Part shown: positions 28,808 through 38,852 of the stretch, in pieces
Position numbering within the stretch: position 1 is the stretch's first letter
Layout: every line of letters starts with the position of its first letter
From: Chthoniobacteraceae bacterium
GTDB lineage: Bacteria > Verrucomicrobiota > Verrucomicrobiia > Chthoniobacterales > Chthoniobacteraceae
Reading direction: 5' to 3'
NCBI GenBank assembly: GCA_040081625.1
Contig: JBEBGD010000009.1
Location: 1 to 64,000, forward strand
Length of the DNA: 64,000 nucleotides
Position numbers and translations under genes: made by a program
The notes under the pieces: model-generated
The model's database searches: none
Seen by the model: the letters and a program-made list of their open reading frames with translations, nothing else
What the model was told of the DNA's origin: nothing

Positions 28808-29869
28808 ATGTCCGGGATCAAAGCTGCGTTTTGGAACCTGCAGAATCTTTTCGACATCACCGTCTCCGACCTCGCGACGGATCTCGAGTTCACGCCCGAG
28901 CAGGGTTGGACGCAGCAGGCGATGGACGCGAAAATTGCGAACCTCGCGGAGGTCATCAAGCTCATGCACGGCGGCACGGGACCGGACCTGCTTGGCCTCG
29001 CGGAGATCGAAAACAACTCGCTCGCCGAGAAGCTCGTCGCGGCGACGGGGCGCGCGGATTTGAAAGTCGTCCACGCCGACAGCCCGGACCTGCGCGGGAT
29101 CGATACGTGCCTCATCTATTCGAGCGCGGTTTTCAAAAAGCCGCTCAAGGCCGCGATCAAGAGCCACGCGATGCAGTTGCGCTACCCGACGCGGGACATC
29201 TTCGAGGTCGAGCTCGAGGTGAAGGCGACCGGGCGGAAGCTGCTCGTGCTCGTGAACCACTGGCCCTCGCGCTCGCAGGGGAAGTTCGAGACCGAGCCGC
29301 TGCGCATCGCGACCGCAGAACGCTGCGGGCGCGTGGTGGATGAATACCTGCGCTACAGCCGCGCCGATTTCATGGCTCTGCCCGACACGGCGGCGACGCG
29401 GCAGGCGATCATCGACCGCTGGAATCGCAACGTGCTGCTCATGGGCGATTTCAACGACGAGCCGTTCGATCGCAGCGTGCTCGACGGACTCCTCGCGACC
29501 AGGGACATGGACCGGATGGAGGAGGACGTGAAGATCGCCGCCGCGAAAAACAAACCCGCCGCGGCCGCCTACCTCGGGCGCGAGGCGCACCTCTTCAACT
29601 GCATGTGGCCGCAACTCGGCCGCGCGGACGAAGGCTCCTACTACTTCGCCGGCTCGACGAACACCTTCAGCACGCTCGACCAGATCATCGTCTCGCGCGG
29701 GCTGCTGCTCGGGAAGCAGGGGCTCAAGATCGATCCGGCGAGCGTGGAGATCTTCCGCGCGCCACCGATGGCGGGCGGAGCGTGGAGGCGGCCCGTAGCG
29801 TTCGATCGCGCGACGCTCAAGGGCTACAGCGACCACTTCCCCGTGCAGTGCCGGATCTCGCTGGTGTGA
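28808..29869 (+). CDS. Endonuclease/exonuclease/phosphatase family protein
   Basis: FWNLQNLFD, GLAEIEN, NHWPSR, MGDFNDEP, LDQII, GYSDHFPV. Confidence 0.88.
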   Translation: MSGIKAAFWNLQNLFDITVSDLATDLEFTPEQGWTQQAMDAKIANLAEVIKLMHGGTGPDLLGLAEIENNSLAEKLVAATGRADLKVVHADSPDLRGIDTCLIYSSAVFKKPLKAAIKSHAMQLRYPTRDIFEVELEVKATGRKLLVLVNHWPSRSQGKFETEPLRIATAERCGRVVDEYLRYSRADFMALPDTAATRQAIIDRWNRNVLLMGDFNDEPFDRSVLDGLLATRDMDRMEEDVKIAAAKNKPAAAAYLGREAHLFNCMWPQLGRADEGSYYFAGSTNTFSTLDQIIVSRGLLLGKQGLKIDPASVEIFRAPPMAGGAWRRPVAFDRATLKGYSDHFPVQCRISLV

Positions 29870-29962
29870 TGGGCGCGGCAGGTCAGTGACACCCGCCGGG
29901 GGCTTGTTGGGCGAGCGGAGCGCTTGCCCTGCGCGACCACCTCGCGCACCGTCCGCGCCCTC

Positions 29963-31612
29963 ATGCAGACCATCGTCATCGGCCATCGGAATCCCGACAT
30001 GGATTCCATCGTCTCCGCCGTCGCTTACGCGGAGCTGAAGCGGCGCCTCGGCGTCGCCGACGTCGTCGCCGCGCGCGCAGGCAATACGAATGAGCGCATC
30101 GACTTCGTGCTCGAAAAATTCGGCATCGCAGCCCCCGCGCTCGTCAACGACCTCGCGCCGCGCGTCGCCGACGTGATGCAGCCGCGCGTCATCTCCATCC
30201 CCGCCGACGCGCCGGTCTATGACGCCGTGCAACTCATCGAGCAGAAGCGCCTCCGCGGCCTGCCCGTCGTCGGCGCCGGCAACCGCTGCCTAGGCCTGCT
30301 CTCCGCGTTCAAGATCACGCACCATCTTTTTCCACCACGCCACGAAGCGGCCAGCGCACGCCGCGTCGTCGCCTCGCTTGCCGACATCGTCACCACCTTC
30401 GGCGGCGCGCTCGTCACCGGCGCGCTCAGTGCCGAGCCGTGCGAGCAGCTCCTCATGGTCGGCGCGATGAACTCGGACTCCTTTGCCCCGCGCGTCGAGC
30501 ACTACCGCGACGAGCGCGTCATCCTCTTCGTCAGCGACCGGCCGAAAATCCAGCGCCTCGCCATTGAGGCGCACGCGCACGCCATCGTCGTCACCGGCGG
30601 CACGCCGATCGACGAGGAAACGCGCGCCGCCGCGCGCGCCGCGGGCGTTACGATGATCAGCTCCCCGCACGACACCGCCACCAGCGTGCTGCTCGCGCGC
30701 GGTGCTGTGCGCGTCGAGCAGATGATCGAGCGCGACGTCACCACCTTTCAACCCGACACGCCGCTCGCTGAAGCGCGCCGCATCGCCGCCGAAAACGCCG
30801 CCTTCGTCTTCCCCGTGCTCGACGACGACGGCGCGCTCGTCGGCATTTTGTCGAAGTCCGACTTCCTCAAGCCGATCCCGCGGCAGCTCATCCTCGTCGA
30901 TCACAACGAACTCAACCAGGCCGTGCGCGGCGCCGACCAGGTGCCGATCGTGGAAATCCTCGATCACCACAAGCTCGGCGGCTTCGAGAGCGACACGCCG
31001 ATCCTGTTTTGGAACAACCCGGTCGGCTCGACCTCGACGCTCGTCGCGCTCGCGTATCAGCACGCAGGCATAGACATCCCGCCGCCGATCGCCGGCCTGC
31101 TCATGTCCGGCCTCATCGCCGACACGCTCAATCTCACCTCGCCCACCGCGACACCGGTCGATCGCCTCATCCTCGACAACCTCGCGAACATCGCCTCATG
31201 CGATCCCGCGAAACTCGCCGAGGAAATCTTCAGCGTCGGCAGCCCGCTGCTCACGATGACGCCCGAGCAGGCGATCAACGCCGACTGCAAACCCTACGCG
31301 GAGGACGGCCACCGCTTCACCGTCGCGCAGATCGAAGAGCTGACGTTTGCGCATTTCCCGGAGAAGAGCGCCGCGCTGCTCGACGCGCTCGAGGCTCACC
31401 GCTCGCGCGCAGGCCTGCTCTTTGCCACGCTGCTCGTCACCGACATCAACACGCAGGACTCACTCCTGCTCGTGCGCGGCGCGGAGGAGTTCCTGCGAAC
31501 GATCGACTACCCGGAACACGCGCCGGGCGTCTGGGAATTGAACGGCGTCGTCTCGCGCAAGAAACAGCTCCTTCCCTACCTGCTCGGCTGCCTCGCGCGG
31601 ATGACGCGCTGA
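29963..31612 (+). CDS. ppaC: Mn-dependent family II inorganic pyrophosphatase with CBS-DRTGG-CBS insert
   Basis: GHRNPDMDS, LVDHNE, ILDHH, PVGSTST, GVVSRKKQ; CBS/DRTGG segment inserted in the DHH domain. Confidence 0.9.
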   Translation: MQTIVIGHRNPDMDSIVSAVAYAELKRRLGVADVVAARAGNTNERIDFVLEKFGIAAPALVNDLAPRVADVMQPRVISIPADAPVYDAVQLIEQKRLRGLPVVGAGNRCLGLLSAFKITHHLFPPRHEAASARRVVASLADIVTTFGGALVTGALSAEPCEQLLMVGAMNSDSFAPRVEHYRDERVILFVSDRPKIQRLAIEAHAHAIVVTGGTPIDEETRAAARAAGVTMISSPHDTATSVLLARGAVRVEQMIERDVTTFQPDTPLAEARRIAAENAAFVFPVLDDDGALVGILSKSDFLKPIPRQLILVDHNELNQAVRGADQVPIVEILDHHKLGGFESDTPILFWNNPVGSTSTLVALAYQHAGIDIPPPIAGLLMSGLIADTLNLTSPTATPVDRLILDNLANIASCDPAKLAEEIFSVGSPLLTMTPEQAINADCKPYAEDGHRFTVAQIEELTFAHFPEKSAALLDALEAHRSRAGLLFATLLVTDINTQDSLLLVRGAEEFLRTIDYPEHAPGVWELNGVVSRKKQLLPYLLGCLARMTR

Positions 31613-31627
31613 CGCTACAAAGGCGCC

Positions 31628-33856
31628 ATGCCACGCTACGCGCTTGTCCTCGTCGATGACTCCGGCTCGCACGCGTTCGACTACGCGCTGCCGGATGCCG
31701 TCGCGGACACGCTGCACGTCGGTTCCCGCGTGCGCGTGCCCGTTCGCACCACGACGCGGCTCGGCACGATCATCGAACTGCGCGACACGACCGACGCGCC
31801 CGGCGTGAAACCGATCGCCGAAGTCATCGACGCCACGCCGGTGCTCACTCGCGTGCTCATCGAGATGGCCGCGTGGATGGCCGACTACTACTGCTGCTCG
31901 CTCGAAGCCGCGATGCGCGGCGTGCTGCCGAACGTGATCCGCAAAGCCGAGGTCGGCCACCGCCAGCGGCTCGTCGCCCGGCTCGCACGCGAGTTTTCCA
32001 CGGAGGAAATCGAGGCGCTGAAAAAGCGCGCGCCGGTGCAGGGCGAGATCGTCGCCGCGCTCGCCGCCGCTGCCGCTCCCGTGCCCGTCGCCGATCTCGC
32101 CGGGCACGCCGTCGTGCAGGCGCTCGTGAAGAAAGGCTTCGTCATCACCGAGCCGGCAAAGATGGAGCGCGATCCGTTTGCGAAAGAGGAGTTCGTCGCA
32201 TCAGCGAAGCTCGAGATGAATGCGGAGCAAGAGGTCGTCTTCGAGCGAGTCCGTGTTGCGCTGGGCGCCACCGATCGCCGATCACCGATCACCGATCACG
32301 CGGCAAAGCCCCTCCTTCTCCACGGCGTCACCGGCAGCGGCAAGACGGAGATCTACCTCCAGGCGATCGACCTCGTCCTCGCGCGCGGGCAGAGCGCGAT
32401 CATGCTCGTGCCGGAGATTTCGCTCACGCCGCAGACTGTCGAGCGGTTCAAGTCACGCTTCGCCGCGTCGCAGCACGAAGTCGCAGTGCTCCACTCGCAC
32501 CTCAGCGAAGGCGAGCGGCACGACGAGTGGCACAAGATTCGTGAAGGCCGCGCGAAGATCGTCATCGGCGCGCGCAGCGCGATCTTCGCGCCGGTCACGA
32601 ACGTCGGACTCATCGTCGTCGATGAGGAGCACGAGAATTCCTACAAGCAGGAGGAGACGCCGCGCTACCACGGGCGCGACCTCGCGGTGCTGCGCGCGCA
32701 GATGGAAGGCTGCGCGTGCCTGCTCGGCAGCGCCACGCCTTCGCTCGAGAGCTATCACAACGCCGTCACCGGCAAATACGAACTGCTCCGCCTCACGCTG
32801 CGCGTCGATGATCAGCAGATGCCGCTCATCCGCGTCATCGACCTGCGCAACGACGCGAAGCGCAAGGGCTCGATCCTCAGCGAGCGGCTCATCACCGCGA
32901 TCGAGGCGCGGCTGAAAGTGAAGGAGCAGTGCATCCTCTTTCTCAACCGCCGCGGCTTCAGCACCTCGCTGCTCTGCGAGAAGTGCGGCCACACGTGCGA
33001 GTGCCCGAACTGCTCCGTCGCGCTCACCTTCCACCGCGGCGCGGCGCGTGTCGTCTGCCACATTTGCGGTTACCAGGCCGTCGCGCCGTCGAAGTGTCCG
33101 CAGTGCGCGGCGGCGGGGATTCGCTACTCGGGGTTCGGCACGGAAAAGATCGAGGATAACATCTCGGCGCTATTCCCCGACGCGAAAGTGAAGCGGCTCG
33201 ATGCCGACGTGATGCAGCGCAAGGACGCGTTTCGCGAAACGCTCGACGCGTTCAAGCGCGGCACGGTCGATATCCTCGTCGGCACGCAGATGATCGCGAA
33301 GGGCCTGCACTTTCCGAACGTCACACTCGTCGGGATCATCAACGCCGACCTCGGCCTGCACATGCCGGACTTCCGCGCGGGCGAGCGCACCTTCCAGCTC
33401 CTCACGCAGGTCGCCGGCCGCGCCGGTCGCGGCGATGTGTCGGGCGAAGTGCTCGTGCAGACCTACACGCCGCACAGCCCGAGCATCCAGTTCGCGCGGC
33501 ATCACGACTACGAAGGCTTTTGGGACCAGGAGAGCGAATATCGCCGCGGATGGAACTACCCGCCGTTCACTCACCTCGTGCTCGTGCAAGTGCGCGGCGA
33601 GCACAAAGAGCGCACGCTACTCAGCGTCGAGACGCTCGCGCGACGGCTGAAGGAGGATCTGCCGGCCGGCGTCACGCTCGGCGATCCCGCGCCGGCGCCG
33701 CTCGAGAAAAGCCACGGGCAATTCCGCTTCCACCTCGCGCTGCGCACCGCGCGCGTGCGCCCGCTCAGCCGCCACCTGCGCGCCGTGCTCGATCGCCTCC
33801 CGATGCCGGAGGATGTGATCGTGACCGTGGACGTGGACGCGTATCAGTTGCTCTGA
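31628..33856 (+). CDS. priA: Primosomal protein N'
   Basis: HGVTGSGKTE, VPEISLTPQ, DEEHE, GSATPS, four CxxC pairs, GTQMIAKG, QVAGRAGR. Confidence 0.96.
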   Translation: MPRYALVLVDDSGSHAFDYALPDAVADTLHVGSRVRVPVRTTTRLGTIIELRDTTDAPGVKPIAEVIDATPVLTRVLIEMAAWMADYYCCSLEAAMRGVLPNVIRKAEVGHRQRLVARLAREFSTEEIEALKKRAPVQGEIVAALAAAAAPVPVADLAGHAVVQALVKKGFVITEPAKMERDPFAKEEFVASAKLEMNAEQEVVFERVRVALGATDRRSPITDHAAKPLLLHGVTGSGKTEIYLQAIDLVLARGQSAIMLVPEISLTPQTVERFKSRFAASQHEVAVLHSHLSEGERHDEWHKIREGRAKIVIGARSAIFAPVTNVGLIVVDEEHENSYKQEETPRYHGRDLAVLRAQMEGCACLLGSATPSLESYHNAVTGKYELLRLTLRVDDQQMPLIRVIDLRNDAKRKGSILSERLITAIEARLKVKEQCILFLNRRGFSTSLLCEKCGHTCECPNCSVALTFHRGAARVVCHICGYQAVAPSKCPQCAAAGIRYSGFGTEKIEDNISALFPDAKVKRLDADVMQRKDAFRETLDAFKRGTVDILVGTQMIAKGLHFPNVTLVGIINADLGLHMPDFRAGERTFQLLTQVAGRAGRGDVSGEVLVQTYTPHSPSIQFARHHDYEGFWDQESEYRRGWNYPPFTHLVLVQVRGEHKERTLLSVETLARRLKEDLPAGVTLGDPAPAPLEKSHGQFRFHLALRTARVRPLSRHLRAVLDRLPMPEDVIVTVDVDAYQLL
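32271..32298 (+). repeat. Tandem heptamer array (ccgatcg, ccgatca x3) translated in frame as DRRSPITD in PriA
   Basis: ccgatcgccgatcaccgatcaccgatca read directly. Confidence 0.75.
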
Positions 33857-33864
33857 CCCGCCCG

Positions 33865-36800
33865 CTACTTCCGCGTCGCGAGATACTCGACGAGGTCGCG
33901 CAGCTCGCGCCTGGTGAGTTGATCGCGAGTATTCTCCGGCATCGGCGACGGCGCGGCGATGCGCTCCTTCACCTTGTCCGCGCCGACGTTGACCGTCTTG
34001 ACGCGGCCCTTCTCATCCATCGTCTCGATCGTGAGCTTGCCGTCGTTTTCTTTCACGAGGCGCCCGGCGATCATCTGGTTGTCCTGCGTCGTGAGCGTGA
34101 CGATCTCGAATCCCTCCGAGACATGCGCGCTGGGGAAGACGATCGACTCGAGCAGGTGCGCCCGGTCGCGCTGCGCGCCGATCTTCGTGAGGTCGGGGCC
34201 GACGAGGCTGTCGCCGATCTCGCACTTGTGGCAGCGCAGGCATTGCACCTCCGCCTTCTCGCGGAAAATCCGGCGCCCGCGATCCACATCGCCACCGGCG
34301 AGCGCGAGCCGATACGGCGCGAGGCGGTCGTCCTTCGGGAGCGCGGCTTCGAGCTGCTTCACGCGGTCGCGCAGGCCGGCCTTGGCCGCGGCCTCGATGA
34401 GGTCGAGCTGGATCTCGGGCGGGCATTTGCCGGCGACGAATTGGTCGAGCAGCAGGCCGAGTTGCTCCTTCGCCTCCGGCGTTCTCATCTGCGCGAGCGC
34501 CACGAGGCCGCCCTGCTTTTCGCGCACCGAGCCGCGCGAGATGACTGCACCGATCGCAGCGACTGCCGCGACGGGATCGCTCGCCGCGAGCGCCTGGAGG
34601 CCCTCGGCGCGCAGGCGGCTGTCCTTTGCGACGAGCGCGGCATTCGCGACGCTCGAAAGCTTCGCGTCCTTGAATGCAGTGAGCGCCTGGACCGCGGCGA
34701 TGCGCGAGCCGATGGCGGCCTTCTCGTCCATCGCGAGCGTGCGCAACTGCGGCGCGACGGCCTTGAGCTCGAGCCGGCGGGCCGTGCGGGCGGCGGTCTC
34801 CTGCACGGCGGCCGGCTGGCCGGTGAAAAACTTTGCGACCTCCGGTTGCAGCGCGGCGACGGCATCCTTCGCAGGCCGGGCCGGCAGCGGGCGCCACATG
34901 CCGAGCACGCGATCCTTCGGACTCGGGTTGGCCCACGCGCCGAGCGCTTCCATCGCGTCGCGTCGCGCAGCTTCGGGCTGCGTCGCGTCGAGCGTGAAAG
35001 CGGTGAGCGCCTTCGCCTGCGCGGGAGCACCCAGCCGGTAAGCGGCGTTCACCGCGCGCTCGGCGATGCGCGGATTCTTCGGCGCGTCGGGAGCGACTAG
35101 CGCGGCGAGCGCCGGCAGCGCCTCGACGATCGGCGCGTCGTGGACCGCGCGCGCGGCCTCGAGCGCGACGTTCTCATCCGTGTCGCGCAGGAAGTCAGCG
35201 ACGAGCGGGCTTCTCTGCCGGCGCAGCGCGAGCACCGCACCGGCGCGGACGGCCACTTTCACATCGGCCTTCTTCGCCGCGAGCTGCTCGCCGGTCGCGA
35301 GGCTGGCCAGTGCGAAGACCGCGCCGTGGCGGACGAACGGGTCGCGGTCGGCATTGTCGGCGAGCAGCGCAAACAGCGGCTCGACCGCGGCCTTGTGCCC
35401 GATTTTGCCGAGCGCGATCGCGGCCTGGAAGCGCACGCGCAGGCTGGCGTCGGCGAGCAGCGGCGTGAGCGGATTACCCGCCGCCGGCAGCCTGCGGAAG
35501 CCGAGCACCTTTGCGGCTTGCGCGCGCACTTCCGCGTCCGGCGAGCCGAGGAGGCCGAGGAGCGGCCCGGCGGTGGCGGCGTTGAATTTCGCGAGCTGGC
35601 CGAGACCCCAGATGGCGTGGATGCGCGCGAGTTGCGCGGCGGCGCGGTCCTGCGCGAGCTTCGCGAGCGGCACCACGGCGGGCTGCCCGCGATCGGCGAG
35701 CTCGAACTGCGCCGCGAGTCGCACGCGCTGGTCGGCGTGCGCGAGCAGCGCGATGAGTTCGTCCACGCTCTTTTTTGCGAAGTCGCCGGCGATGAGTTCC
35801 TGCGTCGCGCGCTGCGCATCGCGGTCGGCGTCCTTCGCGGTGAATTTGTAGATGCGCCCCTTGCCCGCGCCCTGCCAGCCTTCCACCCAGTCGAGCACGT
35901 AGAGCCCGCCATCCGGGCCGAACTCGACGTCGGTGGTGAGGATGCCTTTCACGAAATCGTCGCGCTGCTTGAGCCGGTAGCCGCCGCCGCGCGGCTCGAT
36001 CGTGATGTCGTGCACCACGCTCGCCGCCGGCCCACCGCGAAAGTCGCTGAGGAAAAAATGGCCCGCATATTTCGCGGAGAGGCCGGTGCCGGGATTGAAG
36101 GTGAGGCCGGCGGGTCCGTCGCCGATGTTTGCGATCGGCGGGAGGATGTAGCGGGCCTGTGGCGCGAGTTTCTCATCCCACAGTTTCTCGCGATTCCACG
36201 GCCCGCGGTCGGGCAGGTATTGATAAGCCATGCGCCAGCCGTAGTCGCCGCCCTCGACGATCTGGAGCAGCCGCGCCTGGTCGCCGCTGTCGGAGTTGTT
36301 GTCGCCGGTGAAGAGGTCGCCGAATTGGTTGAACGCGAGTTCCTGCGGATTGCGCAGGCCGGTGGCGAAAATCTCGAGGCCGCTGCCGTCGGGGCGGCAG
36401 CGGAGCACCGCGCCGGTCTCGAGCTCGGTGACCTGGCGGCCGTCGGGCGTCTTCACGTTGAGCGCGCGGTCGCCGATGCTGAAGTAGAGCCAGCCATCGG
36501 GCCCGAGCCGCAGCCCGTGCATGTCGTGGCCGCGGAAGGCGAACTTCACGCCGAAGCCGGTGAGTAGCTTTCCTTTCTCGGCAGCCTTCCCATCCGGGCC
36601 GGCGCGGAAGCGCCAGAGGTTCGGGATGCACGTCCACCATACGTTTTCGCGCAGCGCGAGGATGCCCGCGCCGGTGCCGTCGAGCGGATCGCGGAAGCCG
36701 TCGGCGAAGACGCTCGTCTTGTCGGCGATGCCGTCGCCGTTCGTGTCCTCGACGAGCGTGATCCGCTCCTCGTGCTTCGCGAACTTTTCCGCGAACACCT

Positions 36801-37164
36801 TCGGATCGGGATAAAACTTCCGCATCATCGCGAGCCGATCGTCGGTCGTTCGCGCGGCGAAATCGTCGTCGAGCCAGTTCATGTGGCCGCGGTTGTCCTC
36901 GACGCCATTTTCCTGCCGGTAGCTCTCGGCGATGAACCAGCGCCCGCGCTCGTCGGGCGAAAACGCGACCGGATTTGCCAGCAGCGGCTCGGCGGCGAAA
37001 AGCGTGACCGCGAGGCTCTGGTCGAACTTGAACGCCTTCATCGCGATCGCCGCGTCTGGCGTCGCGCCGGTCGCGGGGACGCCTTCGCCGTGGGATGGGT
37101 CCACCGGAGGCGCGGCGCTCAGCGTGAGCGTGCAAGCGGCTATGACGAGGGTGAGGCGGCGCAT
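33865..37164 (-). CDS. PVC-type membrane-bound dehydrogenase-like protein: beta-propeller + HEAT repeats + cytochrome c
   Basis: Signal peptide, LFAAEPLLANP, EDTNGDGIAD, GLRNPQEL, HEAT-like repeats, heme motif CLRCH, GPDL, SPMP. Confidence 0.88.
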   Translation of the reverse strand: MRRLTLVIAACTLTLSAAPPVDPSHGEGVPATGATPDAAIAMKAFKFDQSLAVTLFAAEPLLANPVAFSPDERGRWFIAESYRQENGVEDNRGHMNWLDDDFAARTTDDRLAMMRKFYPDPKVFAEKFAKHEERITLVEDTNGDGIADKTSVFADGFRDPLDGTGAGILALRENVWWTCIPNLWRFRAGPDGKAAEKGKLLTGFGVKFAFRGHDMHGLRLGPDGWLYFSIGDRALNVKTPDGRQVTELETGAVLRCRPDGSGLEIFATGLRNPQELAFNQFGDLFTGDNNSDSGDQARLLQIVEGGDYGWRMAYQYLPDRGPWNREKLWDEKLAPQARYILPPIANIGDGPAGLTFNPGTGLSAKYAGHFFLSDFRGGPAASVVHDITIEPRGGGYRLKQRDDFVKGILTTDVEFGPDGGLYVLDWVEGWQGAGKGRIYKFTAKDADRDAQRATQELIAGDFAKKSVDELIALLAHADQRVRLAAQFELADRGQPAVVPLAKLAQDRAAAQLARIHAIWGLGQLAKFNAATAGPLLGLLGSPDAEVRAQAAKVLGFRRLPAAGNPLTPLLADASLRVRFQAAIALGKIGHKAAVEPLFALLADNADRDPFVRHGAVFALASLATGEQLAAKKADVKVAVRAGAVLALRRQRSPLVADFLRDTDENVALEAARAVHDAPIVEALPALAALVAPDAPKNPRIAERAVNAAYRLGAPAQAKALTAFTLDATQPEAARRDAMEALGAWANPSPKDRVLGMWRPLPARPAKDAVAALQPEVAKFFTGQPAAVQETAARTARRLELKAVAPQLRTLAMDEKAAIGSRIAAVQALTAFKDAKLSSVANAALVAKDSRLRAEGLQALAASDPVAAVAAIGAVISRGSVREKQGGLVALAQMRTPEAKEQLGLLLDQFVAGKCPPEIQLDLIEAAAKAGLRDRVKQLEAALPKDDRLAPYRLALAGGDVDRGRRIFREKAEVQCLRCHKCEIGDSLVGPDLTKIGAQRDRAHLLESIVFPSAHVSEGFEIVTLTTQDNQMIAGRLVKENDGKLTIETMDEKGRVKTVNVGADKVKERIAAPSPMPENTRDQLTRRELRDLVEYLATRK

Positions 37165-37239
37165 CGGGTGGTCTGCGGAAAAATGAGCCGGCACGGTGCG
37201 CGGGCTTAGGGGGAATGCAAACGGGCGAAGGCGGAAGGC

Positions 37240-37314
37240 TCTTAATCTCAATCCTAATCGCAATCTCCCGGTGCTCGGCGCAGAGTAAGATTACGATTAG
37301 GATTAAGATTAAGA
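37240..37314. repeat. Inverted pair of AT-rich hexamer arrays
   Basis: tcttaatctcaatcctaatcgcaatctc ... gagtaagattacgattaggattaagattaaga. Confidence 0.8.
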
Positions 37315-37325
37315 AACGCCGCGCG

Positions 37326-38687
37326 CTACGGAGTGCGCGCGAAGTCCAGACACACGAGCCGATTCTCCCCGCGCAGGTAGAGCTGCTTGTCGCTGAGCAC
37401 GGGCGCGGCCCATGTGGGATACGTCAGCCCCGGCACCTGCCAGCGCGCGAGTTCATCGCACTTCGCGGCGTCCGCCTTGAAGATGCCGAGCAGCCCGGCT
37501 TCGCCGAGCGCGATCAACTTCCCGTCCGCGAGGATCGCGCTGCCGCGCGCGAAGACATCCGGCTCGGTGCCGGGCGTGATCGGCCCGTGTCCGCCTTTGC
37601 GCCAGCGTTCATCGCGCTCCCACTTCACCGCGCCGGTGGCGAGCTCGACGCAGCGGAAAATGCCGTCCGGTTCATTGCGCCCGGTGAAGGCGAACAGGTG
37701 CCCGGCGGTGAGCACGGGCGTGGTCCAGTGGACTTCGAGTTGCAGCCCCTTCCACACTTCGCTCACCGATCTCCCATCCGGCGCGACGCGCACCAGCACC
37801 GAGCCGCCGCGGTAGTAGGCGGTCGAGAGGAAGACCACGTCGTCTTTCACGACTGGCGTCATCGCGTTCACCGATTCATTCTGCCGCACGCGGAACCAAT
37901 ACGAGAAATTCACCGCGCCCGTCGCCGGGTCGAGCGAGACGAGCCCCTGCCGCGTCACGACGAGCACATGCCGCTTGCCATGAATCGTCGCGGCGACGGG
38001 CGTGCAGTAGCTGGCCTGCTTTTCGTAAGTCGGATCGCTGCGGTTCCACTGCACGAGCCGCTCGCCGGGCCAGCCCGTCATCGGCACGCCGGTCCACGTT
38101 TTCTCGCCGACGTTTTCCCAGAGCGTCTTCCCGGTCTTCGCGTCGAACGCGACGACGCCGGAGTTCGGCTGCGCGCCGACTTGCACGATGAGCTTGTCGC
38201 CCTCGAGAATCGGTGAGCTGCCGACGCCGAAGAACGCGTCGGGCACTTCGAAGTCCTTCTGCGTGTCGCGCCGCCACACGGGCGCTCCGGTCGCGAGATC
38301 GAGGCAGAGAAGCACGCCGTCCGCGCCGAAAGTGTAGCAGCGATCCGCGGTCAGCAGCGGAGAGCAACGCGGCCCGTTGTTGAAGCCGAAGGGGTCCACG
38401 AACTTGCACGGGTAGCCGTGGCGCCAGCCGGGCTTGCCGGTTTTCGGGTCGAGCGACTCGACGACTTCCTCGTCGCCGACGCGATGGTGCAGCACGAGCC
38501 GTCCATCGCGGATGCTCGGCGCGGAGTAGCCGGTGCCGACTTCGCGCGACCACACGATTGGCGCGGGGAGCGTGTCGCGGAGGCCGGTCTCGGCTGAGGT
38601 CTGGTCTCGATTCGGGCCCATGAACTCGGGCCAGTCGGCAGCGAGGGCAGGGGAGATGAGGGTGAGGAGTAGGAGTGAGCGGATCAT
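37326..38687 (-). CDS. PQQ-like/BamB-family beta-propeller protein
   Basis: Signal peptide then ADWPEFMGPNRD; repeated DxxTGxxxW motifs; ends LYLRGENRLVCL. Confidence 0.85.
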   Translation of the reverse strand: MIRSLLLLTLISPALAADWPEFMGPNRDQTSAETGLRDTLPAPIVWSREVGTGYSAPSIRDGRLVLHHRVGDEEVVESLDPKTGKPGWRHGYPCKFVDPFGFNNGPRCSPLLTADRCYTFGADGVLLCLDLATGAPVWRRDTQKDFEVPDAFFGVGSSPILEGDKLIVQVGAQPNSGVVAFDAKTGKTLWENVGEKTWTGVPMTGWPGERLVQWNRSDPTYEKQASYCTPVAATIHGKRHVLVVTRQGLVSLDPATGAVNFSYWFRVRQNESVNAMTPVVKDDVVFLSTAYYRGGSVLVRVAPDGRSVSEVWKGLQLEVHWTTPVLTAGHLFAFTGRNEPDGIFRCVELATGAVKWERDERWRKGGHGPITPGTEPDVFARGSAILADGKLIALGEAGLLGIFKADAAKCDELARWQVPGLTYPTWAAPVLSDKQLYLRGENRLVCLDFARTP

Positions 38688-38718
38688 GGAGCGGGGCGGC
38701 CCTGCGGGCGGCTTAACA

Positions 38719-38825
38719 CCAAATGCCAAACGCCAAACGTCAAACTCCAAACGAGTCGGGCCGCGTCACGCGTCACACTGATCAGTTTGGTGTTTGGCGT
38801 TTGGCGTTTCGCGTTTGAAGTTTGG
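38719..38825. repeat. Inverted pair of heptamer arrays (ccaaacg / cgtttgg) in a divergent intergenic region
   Basis: ccaaatg ccaaacg ccaaacg tcaaact ccaaacg ... agtttgg tgtttgg cgtttgg cgtttcg cgtttga agtttgg. Confidence 0.85.
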
Positions 38826-38852
38826 CCCGCCGCAGGCGCCTCCCACATTACG

